This document shows, one piece after another, positions 15,101 to 28,478 of a stretch of 64,000 nucleotides of DNA. Both the position numbers and the translations under genes were made by a program. The notes beneath the pieces were generated by a model, which saw only the letters and a list, made by a program, of their open reading frames with translations, ran no database searches and was not told where the DNA came from. The stretch is from the human T2T-CHM13v2.0 reference genome, Homo sapiens, in the NCBI RefSeq assembly GCF_009914755.1, contig NC_060929.1; one strand, written 5' to 3'. Within the stretch, counting starts at the first letter, position 1. Every line of letters begins with the position of its first letter.

Positions 15101-16315
15101 ATGATGGCCGTGGTGACACTGAAGAGGGAGCGTGGCAGAGGGAATGATGGCCGTGGTGACACTGAGGAGGGAGCGTGGCAGAGGGAATGATGGCCATGGT
15201 GACACTGAGGAGGGAGCGTGGCAGAGGGAACGATGGCCATGGCTGACATTGAGGAGGGAGCTGGCAGAGGGAATGATGGCCGTGGTGACACTGAAGAGGG
15301 AGCGTGGCAGAGGGAACGATGGCCATGGCTGACATTGAGGAGGGAGCTGGCAGAGGGAATGATGGCCGTGGTGACACTGAAGAGGGAGCGTGGCAGAGGG
15401 AACGATGGCCGTGGTGACACTGAGGAGGGAGCGTGGCAGAGGGAACGATGGCCGTGGTGACACTGAGGAGGGAGCGTGGCAGAGGGAACGATGGCCGTGG
15501 TGACACTGAGGAGGGAGCGTGGCAGAGGGAACGATGGCCGTGGTGACACTGAGGAGGGAGCGTGGCAGAGGGAACGATGGCCGTGGTGACACTGAGGAGG
15601 GAGCGTGGCAGAGGGAACGATGGCCGTGGTGACACTGAGGAGGGAGCGTGGCAGAGGGAACGATGGCCGTGGTGACACTGAGGAGGGAGCGTGGCAGAGG
15701 GAACGATGGCCGTGGTGACACTGAGGAGGGAGCGTGGCAGAGGGAACGATGGCCGTGGTGACACTGAGGAGGGAGCGTGGCAGAGGGAACGATGGCCGTG
15801 GTGACACTGAGGAGGGAGCGTGGCAGAGGGAACGATGGCCGTGGTGACACTGAGGAGGGAGCGTGGCAGAGGGAACGATGGCCGTGGTGACACTGAGGAG
15901 GGAGCGTGGCAGAGGGAACGATGGCCATGGCTGACATTGAGGAGGGAACTGGCAGAGGGAACGATGGCCATGGCTGACATTGAGGAGGGAGCGTGGCAGA
16001 GGGAACGATGGCCATGGTGACACTGAGGAGGGAGCGTGGCAGAGGGAACGATGGCCATGGTGACACTGAGGAGGGAGCGTGGCAGAGGGAACGATGGCCA
16101 TGGTGACACTGAGGAGGGAGCGTGGCAGAGGGAATGATGGCCATGGCTGACATTGAGGAGGGAGTGTGGCAGAGGGAATGATGGCCATGGTGACACTGAG
16201 GAGGGAGCGTGGTAGAGGGAATGATGGCCATGGTGACATTGAGTCAGCACTTATTAGGTTCCACGTGTACATGGTCAAGTTTTCCTGTGGTTTTTCTCAG
16301 AAAGGAGCCATGATC
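12120..16315 (-). ncRNA. Candidate 4196-nt exon containing the whole 43-bp VNTR
   Basis: Minus-strand acceptor CTTTTCCTGTTTCACTGTTGCAG|G (AG at 16317-16316) and donor CAG|GTGAGT (GT at 12119-12118). No transcript evidence is available. Confidence 0.4.
12125..16243. repeat. 43-bp VNTR, ~96 copies, with variant units
   Basis: Unit gagggagcgtggcagagggaacgatggccatggtgacactgag; variants gccgtgg, ggctgacattg...gagctgg, ctgaagagg, gaatgatg. Confidence 0.98.
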
Positions 16316-16324
16316 CTGCAACAG

Positions 16325-16650
16325 TGAAACAGGAAAAGTGCTAACAAAACTGACTCCATTTTTATTTAATGGGCTTTTTCTCATCCCTGCATATAAGCTA
16401 GCATAATTTTAGAGCGCTAAGATAAAACGCAAAAGCGGTAATCATGTAGTTTTTGCAACTAACTGTGGGATTAATGGAAAGTATGTAAACAGCTAACTGT
16501 GGTTTGTTAAAGATTTATAGGAGCATTGTGATCTGACCAAGGAGAAAGAAGGTCCCAGCCTCCTGGGACCATTGCTGGCACCTGGATGTGTGAGGTAGTC
16601 AGGTACCTGTTGATCCCAACCCTCTCCTCTTCCACCCTCCGTTGAACCAG
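16325..16650 (+). mobile_element. ERV1/MER4-group LTR fragment
   Basis: TG start, actgactccatttt motif and LTR-like composition; subfamily not determined. Confidence 0.5.
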
Positions 16651-16865
16651 ATAAGCGCTTGTCAGTGCTGTTTTGGGAGTATTCTGCCCTGTGGTTAAAT
16701 AGGTGTGAGTGCTGGAGAGTCCTGCAGCAATCTGGGGCTTTCTGGTGCTGTGAAGACAGTTACTCTAAAAGTCCTGATGCCATCTCTGCACTTGGGTACA
16801 GTCGTGTGACTCTGGGTTTATGACAGATCCTTCAGCTACCCTACCTGCCACTCCATATCTGCTGA

Positions 16866-17183
<318 letters not shown>

Positions 17184-17224
17184 TGAGATTTTCATAATGT
17201 GTTTGAGACATGCTGTTTATTTCT

Positions 17225-17880
17225 TCTTTTTTTTTTACTTTTAATTGAAATATTGTATACATAGCAAAAAGTCATTCCTGTCATAAATGTACAGCTCAAT
17301 GAATTTTCATGAAATTTAATCATTAACCAGATTGAAATGAAAACCACAACAAAACCCATGACTGGAAGCCATCCCCGATAAGTCTTCTGCGGCCAGCTTC
17401 CTGTGGTGAGCCTCCCCATCAAGGGTAACTGCAGCCTCCTTGGAAATAAAGGAGATCAGGACTCCTTTTGTGTGAGCTTCATTTACTCTGTTTTGCGAGA
17501 TTGGCCCACATTGTCGCACGTGTTTAAGGATCTGTCCTTCCCGCGGGGACATAGCGTGCCAGGGCTGAAATGTCCTAGAATCTGTTCACAGGTTCTACTG
17601 TCAGTGAGGGTTTGGGTGGTTATGGCTTTGGGAGGTGATGAAAGTGCTGCTTTCCTGTGAGTGTCTTTGGGGAGCACACACGCTCTTTTCTGCCGGATAT
17701 TCTCCACCCAAGGGGTCGCCGGTCATCGCAGATGTGCTTGTCCACTTTCAGCAGCTACTGACAGAGTTTCCCAGGTGGAGCGTGCAACGGATATCACGCC
17801 AGCTGAGGAAGACAGTTTGGTTGCTCCCCAGCCTCTCCAACAATTGGTATTTTCTGATGTCTTCATTCTGGCCATGCTGA
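17225..17880 (-). mobile_element. Ancient L1M 3' fragment
   Basis: Antisense L1M-like 3' end (ttaattgaaatattgtatac...gtacagctcaatgaatttt) with decayed interior. Confidence 0.55.
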
Positions 17881-18587
17881 GGGATGCATTAAAAGCACAT
17901 AGAAAGTCCAGATGCCTCTGGGCAGCTCACAGATTCTGAATGTTGGGAGACAAGGACAACTGTCAATCTCTGTCAGTGCTAGGACTGATTCTCAGTATCT
18001 GACCCAAAACTAGGAACTGAGGCGATGGTTTGTGGTATTCGATAACGTTGTCAGCATATGCCCTAGAAGTGCTCAAATCCTGGCACATACACAACCTAGG
18101 GACGGGACAAACGTGAACTCGGCATGGTCGGTTATAGCTTGCGTCTAGCACCTTGTTTTTGCAACTCTCATGTCCAGCTGGGGTGGGGCCATGCACGGGC
18201 AGCATCCCGATGTCCCACCACCGCCCCGTCCACCCAGCTCCTCCAGAGGATGAATTACAGTGGCTTCCTAGTGGCAGGACAGATGAGGGGTCCCATCTAA
18301 TGCCAGGTTAAGATTGTCTTTCTTTTTCTGAGGTAGAAGCGGTGCTTTGCCGTTTTATCAATTGAGTTCAGTTATGGAAACGTGGCCACATACATTACAG
18401 AGGTTAGCGGCTGTTTCCTCAAGGGCTTGGGAAAGAAGTCTCTTACCAAACGAGGCCTGATTCAGGAGGGCACATAAGCCGGGTTGTGTCAGGTTCTTCA
18501 CTGTGCATAGAGAGCCTTTTCCTCAGTAGCAATTATTTCCTCCGTGGGTTAATAATTTTGCAACTGCTGATTGAAATAAACATGACA

Positions 18588-19319
<732 letters not shown>

Positions 19320-19829
19320 TTATCCTCTTGTTTTATAAAGTCAACAGGAAGAAACAAACAAACAACAAAAAAAAAACCCACCTGTGCTTAGAGAACACAT
19401 CGGAACCTATGGTACTGTAGTGCCTTCTTTTCTGTCACTGTAGGTGGCCTCAGAGGGGAAAATTCATGCATATTCTGCATGTGCCACTTGTGAAGGAGAA
19501 ATCTAGATGATAGGGAAGGTGAGTCTTCCTTGCTGGCTTTCGTCTGGGGAGCCACCCTGACTCCAGCTTTCTGGTTAGAATGAGGATTGGTGGTGATGAA
19601 GGAACATTATTTTCCAGGTAAAGCACTGTGACCGTGTTTCCACAAGCAGTTGCGTTTCCTTTAGCTGGTATGAGTTTGTGCGCGTGGGCGGTGGGGTGTG
19701 TCTGTGTGGGGTGGGATTTGTGTGGGGCGGCCGTGTGTCTGTGCCCACGTCTGTTTCCGCTGGTGTTATACTCCGCCTAGACAGCAGAGTTGCAGGTGTA
19801 AGCTTTCTCAACAAGGAATGCCGTCCCCA

Positions 19830-20851
19830 TTACTCCACAGCGTATATGTGGAGCCTAACCGGGTGGACTGCAAGGCAGTTCCGACCCTCACCACTCAGGG
19901 TTAGCACCAGATTCCACAACTCCAGAGCTGAGTCCCACAAAACTGCCCTTACTTCAGACACCAGCTGAACTTTGGGAGTCCCCAAGCCACCTGCACTTCT
20001 GACAAACTGGCTATAAATTCAAGGATTACCATGACTTCCTCAGGTTCAAAACTTCACTAGAAATGACTCAGAGAATTCAGAAAAGGGCTATATTTACAAT
20101 TTGATTAGAAATGATCTGCATAGAGCAAGGCGTATGGGGCTGGGGGGTCCTGGATGCATGGCTTCCATGCCTTCTGTCTGGGGAATCGGGTGGCGTGCTG
20201 GGGGTGGGTTCCAGGTCACAGTTGGATTCAAAGGTTTCTTGATTGGCAGTTGGTTGAAAGGGTTAAACTCTGTCTTAAAAGTTGAAATCAGCTTCAATTA
20301 GGTAACATGGTGTGGTCGGGGGTGGGAGTTTGGGAAGTTGTGGGAGCCAAGGTTCTTGTCACGTAAATGACACTTCCAGGCAGAGGGCTTCAGAGAGGAT
20401 AGACGTAAACGTCTCTTATTGGACTTAAAAGGTAACAGACTTTCTGGAAAGACCTAGTGATGGAGCCATATGCTCTACAGATTGCAAATTTCCCACAAAG
20501 AGACAGCTGTGTTGGGCCATTCCAAAAAATGTCAGAGAAATCTGTCTCGGGGTAAAATACTCAGACTTCCTTCAGGACCTGCTTTCAGGTGATGCTATAC
20601 CAGAGCGCATTTGAAGTTGGGTATCTTATTGCTACAAGGCGTTTCTTCCGTCAGTCTTAGGATCTCTATTTTCATGTCACTGCTGCTCAGTTGGGTCTGA
20701 ACCACAAAGGGTGGAGGGAATACTGAGGCGTGCCCGACCCCTCTTCTCCCTCATGGCCTGAATGAAGTTTTCAGGTTTATTTGGGTCCCCTTGGCTGAGA
20801 GGAGGATCCGTTCAGTTCATTGAGGGGCTTAGAAATTTAATTTTAATTTAC
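19830..20851 (-). mobile_element. MER21-like LTR (~19830-20190) and MER4-like LTR (~20195-20851)
   Basis: Recognised MER21 (cccacaaaactgcccttacttcagacaccagc) and MER4 (ttcttgattggcagttggttgaaag...gaggggcttagaaattt...tttaca) stretches; orientation is inferred. Confidence 0.65.
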
Positions 20852-21292
20852 ATTGTAAAGTGTAAACATATACAATGTTGATCAGTTATACCTGAATAGA
20901 GCTGAGGGAAAAGAGAATAAAAGGAACCATGACTAACAACAATGAAAAGAAATGGAAGCTGAGTCACATTTAAAATATTTATTAATCTGTTTTCAAATAA
21001 CAGAAACAAGACCATTACAGAGCAACATAAATAGCATCTTTTTGTGAAAAATATTTTCCAAAGCAAAAGTGATTTGTGGGAAAAGTGGCATTGCTTTCCC
21101 ATTCTCCGAGAGTCTGTCACATCTGACAACAGGAGCTGGGACCCTGTGCCTGCCTCAGTCGGGGCACCGCACTCCCCACAGCACACAGCCTCTGGGCACT
21201 TGGCCAGGCATAGTAGCTCATACTTGTAAACCCAATTTTTTCCTTCCTCCCTCCCTTCCTTCTTTCATCTCTCTCTCTCTCTCTCCCCCCGC

Positions 21293-21584
21293 TTTTTTTT
21301 TTTTTTTTTTAAGATGGAGTCTGGCTCTGTTACCCAGGCCGGAGCCTAATCTCGCCTCACTGCAACCTTTGCATCCCAGGTTCAAGCAATTCTCCTTCCT
21401 CAACCTCCCAAGTAGCTGGGATTACAGGCATGCAACGTGATGCCCAGGTAATTTTTGTATTTTTAGCAGAGACGGGGTTTTGCCACGTTGGCCAGGCTGG
21501 TCTCCAGCTCCAGATCTCAGGTGATCTGCCTGCCTCGGCCTCCCAAAGTGCTGGGATTACAGGCATAAGCCACCACACCTGGCC
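21293..21584 (-). mobile_element. AluS, preceded by a short sense Alu 5' fragment at ~21202-21236
   Basis: Antisense dimer. Confidence 0.9.
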
Positions 21585-21758
21585 CCAGTTTTCAATCATA
21601 AGGTACTATTCCCAAAATATGAAATGCTAAATGTCTCATATCACCTTTGGCATTCAAATGTCCAACATCTCAGCGTTTTGTCTTATTAAAGACTGCAAAA
21701 ATGTACAAGACTTTAAAACCATGAAATTAACTAAGTAAAACTAAGGAGACCCAAATAA

Positions 21759-22516
<758 letters not shown>

Positions 22517-22756
22517 TACACCCCACCCTGTGGGGCCATGCTGCTGTGTCCTGCCCCTCCCAGTTGCTGTGGCACCCTAGCCGTTGGGGCCTGAGCTGAT
22601 TTGTGCCCTGCTTTCCAGAGAATCAATGCCTTGGTCAGCCAGAGAAATCACAGTCCCTAATGCAAGAGCTGAACAAGTGCCTCACTTGATGGGAAGTCCC
22701 CAGGCTGAGCTGAGACGGATGGAAAAGAAAGCTCCTCTAAATAATAAAGTCCGCCT

Positions 22757-24350
22757 CTAAAAAACCCACAGCTAACATCATAATCAATGGGGAACAATTG
22801 AAAGTCTTTCCACTAAGATTGAGTTCAAGACAGGGATGCCTAGCCTTGTCACTTTTATTCAACATAGTACTGGAAGTACTAGCAAGAGCAATTGGACAAA
22901 TTTAAAAAAAGGCAACTAAAAAAAGAAACAAATTATCTCTATTTGCAGATGACATGATCCATATGAAAAAACCTCAGATTTCCCATAAGAAAATGTTAAA
23001 ACTAAATGAATTCAGTAAAGTTGCAGCATACAAACTCAACATACAAAAATCAGGAGCGTTTCTATACACAAATAACAATCTAGCTGAAAAACAAATCAAG
23101 AAAACAATCCCATTTACAGTAGCACCAATCAAAATAAAATACTTAGGAATAAATTTAGACAAGAAGGTGAAAGACTAGTACACTGAAAACTATAAAACAC
23201 CGATGAGAGAAATTTAAGAATACACAAACAATGTAAAAACATCCCACATTTCTGAATTGGAAGAATTAAAATTGTTAAAATGGCATGCTATCCAAAGCAA
23301 ATATACAGTTTTTAAGACAATCCCTATCAAAATTCTAATCGCATTTTTCACAGACATAAAAAAATACAATCCTGCAATTGACATGGAACCACAAAAAACC
23401 CCAAGCTAACACAATACAGAGGAAAAAAATTAGTGCTGGAGGCATAACACTACGTGATTTAAAATTACATACAAAGCTATAGTAATAAGAACAATATATG
23501 GTATTGGCATCAAAACAAAAACATAGACCAATGGAACAGAATAAGAAGCCTAGAAATAAATCAAAACATACACTGTCAACTAACTTTCAACAAGAGCAAC
23601 CAAGAGGACACAGTGGAAAAAAGACAGTTTCTTCAATAAATGATGCTGTAAAACTGGATTTTCACAGGCCAAACCATGAAATTGGGCCCTTATCTTACAC
23701 CCTATAGAAAATCAACTCAAACTAGATAAAAGACATAAATAAGATATGAAACCATGAAACTCCTAGAAGAGAATGTAGGGGACAGCCCCCTCGACGCTGG
23801 CCTTAGCAATGATTTTTCAGATAATCCACCAAAAGCCAGGCTGCATGCAAAAGTCAACAAGGAGGACCGCATCAAACTAAAACCCTTCTGCGCAGCAAAG
23901 GAAACAATCAAAAAAAGGCAACCTACAAACTGGGAAAAATATTTGCAAGTCACTAACTGATCAAGGGCTAATATCCAAAATCAATGAAGAACCCTTACAA
24001 CTTAAGCAGACAAATAACCCTGTTAAAAAGCTAACAAGAGACCTGAACAGACATTTCTCCAAAGACGACAAAAACAATCAGCAGGAAGTGGGGAGATGAA
24101 GGCCAAAACACGCAAAGTAGCAGACGTCGGATGAACAAGGCCAGAGACCTAATGTATAACATGAGGACACTGTCTTGGGATTTTTGTTGAGTAAGTAGAT
24201 TTTCGCTGCCCTTGACACACAAAAAAGTACCTATGTGAGATGGTAGGTATGTGAACTTGCTGACTATAGTAACCATTTTACTACTGACGTGTACCTTTGA
24301 CATCATGCTGTCACCTCAAATATACACAGTAACATTTAGTTTTAAAAAAG
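22757..24350 (+). mobile_element. L1MA-type element, 5'-truncated (RT region to 3' UTR) with internal deletion
   Basis: Decayed ORF2 RT motifs (aaacccacagctaacatcata, tttgcagatgacatgat) followed by an L1MA-like 3' UTR. Confidence 0.85.
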
Positions 24351-24358
24351 AAAAGTTT

Positions 24359-24659
24359 GGCCAGGAGTGGTGACTCATGCCTGTAATCCCAGCACGTTGG
24401 GAGGCTGAGGTGGGTGAATCAACCTGAGGTCAGGCGTTTGAGACCAGCCTGGCCAACATGGTGAAACCCCGTCTCTACGGAAAATACAAAAATTAGCCGG
24501 GTGTGGTGGTGGATGCCCGTAATCGCAGTTATTCAGGAGGCTGAGGCAGGAGAAGTGCTTAACCCCGGGAGGCAGAGGTTGCAGTGGGCTGAGATTGCGC
24601 CGCCGCTCTCCAGCCTGGGTGACAGAGTGAAACTCCATCTTGAAAAAAGAAACAAAAAA
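24359..24659 (+). mobile_element. AluS directly abutting the SUDS3 retrocopy
   Basis: Full dimer with A-tail. Confidence 0.93.
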
Positions 24660-24661
24660 GT

Positions 24662-27309
24662 TGGCGGGGGGCGGAGCTCGGCGGAGACGGGAAGGGGTCG
24701 CCGTGGCTGCCGCTCCTCGAGTTGGGGGCCCCCTCGGACACCGCCAGGCAGACGGCGAGTACCGAGCGTGGGTGGCCGCGGTGTCCGTGGGCCACGCTCA
24801 GCTGCGGTCAGAGGCGACATGAGCGCCGCGGGGCTGCTGGCCCCGGCCCCGCCCGGGCTGGAGCGTCCCCGGGGAGGACGACGAGCGCAGCTGCCGGGCC
24901 GCGAGTCGGACGAAGACACTGAGGATGCTAGTGAAACTGACCTGGCAAAGCATGATGAAGAAGACTATGGGGAAGTGAAGGAACAGATGTATCAGGACAA
25001 ACTGGCTTCTCTCGAGAGGCAGTTGCAACAACTACAAGAAGGTACATTACAGGAATATCAGAAGAGAATGAAAAAACTAGGTCAGCAGTACAAAGAGAGG
25101 ATACGGAATGCTGAACTCTTCCTCCAGCTGGAAACTGAACAAGTGGGACGAAATTACATGAAAGAAAAGAAGGCAGCAGTGAAAGAATTTGAAGACAAGA
25201 AGGTTGAGCTGAAAGAGAACCTGATTGCTGAGCTAGCAGAAGAGAAGAAAATGATTGAAAACGAAATGCTGACAATGGAACTGAATGGAGATTCCATGCA
25301 GGTGAGACCTATCATGACCAGAAAGTTGCGGAGGCGACCAAAATGATCCCGTCCCCATCCCAGACAAGAGGAGGAAACCTGCTCCAGCCCAGCTAAACTA
25401 TTTGTTAACAGATGAACAGATCATGGAGGATCTGAGAACATTAAATAAGCTTAAGTCACCCAAGAGACCAGCATCTCCATCCTCTCCTGAGCACTTGCCT
25501 GCGACACCCGCGGAATCTCCAGCCCAGAGGTTTGAAGCTCGGATAGAAGATGGCAAACTGCACTATGACAAAAGATGGTACCACAAGAGCCAGGCCATCT
25601 ATCTGGAGTCAAAGGACAACCAGAAACTGAGCTGCGTGATCAGTTCTGTAGGAGCCAATGAGATCTGGGTGAGGAAGACAAGTGACAGCACCAAGATGAG
25701 GATCTACCTGGGCCAGCTTCAGCGCGGGCTCTTCGTCATCCACCGGCGCTCAGCTGCTTGACTTTCTACAGTGCTCTTCTCTTGACCCTTTTTCTGGAGT
25801 GGGTTTTATTTTTGTTTTGTTTTGTTTTCTTCTTAACAGAAAAATGTTAACTTACTGGGAGTAGCTACTCAGCCTTAGAAATGGAGAGCATTGTAGTGGA
25901 TTCTTTAAGGCACTTTTGTGGCCAGCCCCTTCCAACTTCCTCAGTCTTTTCTGCCTCAACTTCTTCCAGACATCAGTCACCATGAGACTGTTTTACTTTC
26001 AGGAGTATTGGGGGGTTTGATTTACTTTCCTTTTATTTCTTTGTTTTTTGCTTATACTTGTTTTTGAAAACCTCCTCTGAGTTTGAAGGGACAGCTATTT
26101 TTATTAATTATCTTTAAGTCTCTCTGCCATGGAGAAGAGCAGGAAGGCATACACTGTCCAGTGCATTTTCATTAGTGGATCACGTAGCTACTTTCCCTGT
26201 CGAGTCCAATTCACTATTTCCTCAGAAGCTTGGGGCAGAGGTCCTAGCAGAAGGAGATGAATTCTCCTGGCTCTCAGCCTTCTTGGAGAAATAAATGCTT
26301 TGTGTAACATCTGGTGCATGCCATCCATTCCACTGGCTGAGCGATGGAAAAGCTTGCCTGGGAGACTCTGTGCACTGAAGTAAATGGGGTTGGGGGAGGG
26401 GACATTTCATATTTATAATGTGCTGAAGGTACCATATTTTAAATGTTATTTAATGCGGTGATTTATTCAAACATTTATTCTAGCTTAAGCTGGAATAAGA
26501 AGTGGTCATTTCAGAAGTTTTCATTTGTAATTCCTTCCTCTCCCTCGTTCCCAAGTAGGTAGTAGTAGTATGTGCCACAGGCTGATTATCTGGGTAATCT
26601 CTTATGGGTGGGAGGTGAGATTGATAGTGCAGTAATCAGTGATCTATAGACCCGCATGCACGATTCAAGTTTCACTCTTGTGGCTGATGCCATCATTGCA
26701 CATTGGCCATTCCAAACCTGCGGAGAAATTTGTTGTCAGGCCCTCAGCACTCAGAGCTTCATTTGGCCCAGGTTGAAGACAAGGAAAGCTCTGCCGTGGC
26801 TGCCTCTGCACTGACACCCTCCCTAATGAGTCCTGATGAAACAGCCTTTCCTACATCCTTCCCTCATTCCCATGATTGGAGAAATGATTCATTGGGTGAT
26901 GAGTGTTGGGGTTTTCCATACTCATGTTGCCATCTTGAGATGTTTAAAAAATTTGGGGTTAGAGCAACTGTTAGCGTCTCCATGGGCAATCAGTAGAACT
27001 TACACATTCCAGGAAATCTTTCTTTGTAAGTAATTCTTTTGGTCTCAAGTGATTCCCTTCAAGTTGTCTCTTGATGTACAAACCCCAAAGCAAGTTGGGG
27101 GGCTGTGATGACAATTAAATCACCTTCTCTGAAGTTCTGGCTCTACAGAGACCAGAACTTACTGACTTGTGCAGACTTGTACAAGTAAAGACTTATACAG
27201 ATAGATTTTTGTTTTAACTTATAATCTGTTTTTTCCTCTTTTTTTTTTTTCTGGTGTTGGAGTCTTATTTAGAAAACAGGATAAATGACGCTGTTATAAA
27301 AAAAAAAAA
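24662..27309 (+). pseudogene. SUDS3P1: Processed pseudogene of SUDS3 (Sin3-HDAC subunit SDS3)
   Basis: Intronless; GC-rich 5' UTR, ATG at 24819 ([11 protein letters not shown]), SDS3 peptides ([38 protein letters not shown]); +1 frameshift at ~25341 gives TGA 25344-25346; parental stop at 25761; ~1.5 kb 3' UTR and poly-A at 27298-27309. Confidence 0.93.
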
Positions 27310-27394
27310 TTATCTCCAATCGAGAGAAAACCACTATTACCATGTTTTGTGTTCCTTTCCAAAATATTTTATGAATAAACAATTGTTCAGTCAA

Positions 27395-27867
27395 ATTTAT
27401 TTTTATTTTATTTTATATATATATTTTTATTATACTTTAAATTCTAGGATACATGTGCACAACGTGCAGGTTTGTTACATATGTATACATGTGCCATGTT
27501 GGTGTGCTGCACCCATTAACTCGTCATTTACATTAGGCATATCCTAAGGCTATCCCTCCCCCCTCCCCCCACCCCACAACAGGCCCCGGTGTGTGATGTT
27601 CCCCTTACTGTGTCCAAGTGTTCTCATTGTTCAATTCCCACCTATGAGTGAGAACATGCAGTGTTTGGTGTTTTGTCCTTGTGATAGTTTGCTGAGAATG
27701 ATGGTTTCCAGCTTCATCCATGTCCCTACAAAGGACATGAACTCATCCTTTTTTATGGCTGCATAGTATTCCATGGTGTATATATGCCACATTTTCTTAA
27801 TTCAGTCTATCATTGTTGGACATTTGGGTTGGTTCCAAGTCTTTGCTATTGTGGGTAGTGCCGCAAT
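27395..27867 (-). mobile_element. L1PA 3' end (5'-truncated)
   Basis: Antisense L1PA 3' UTR (tacatgtgcacaacgtgcaggtttgttacat, ccctccccccacccc). Confidence 0.92.
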
Positions 27868-28116
27868 GTGAGACCTTATACCTGAAAATTCGAAGCATGT
27901 AACACATTACCTATAAAAGTGTCTGATCTCCTCTTTTCCTGTTTGAATGCCCTTTATTCATTTCTCTTGTCTGGTTGTTGTGGCCAGGATTTCTGATGTT
28001 GAAAAGGAGTGGTGAGAGAGGTGATCCTTATCTTGTGCTGGTTTTCAAGGGGAATGCTTCCACCTTTTGTCCATTCAGTACGATGTTGGCTGTGGGTTTG
28101 TGACAGATGGCTCTTG

Positions 28117-28478
<362 letters not shown>

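Noticed and set aside
12064-16278. 1400-aa ORFs as bona fide protein-coding genes
   Set aside because: Length is explained by tandem copies of a stop-free unit and there is no homology; kept only as a hypothesis.
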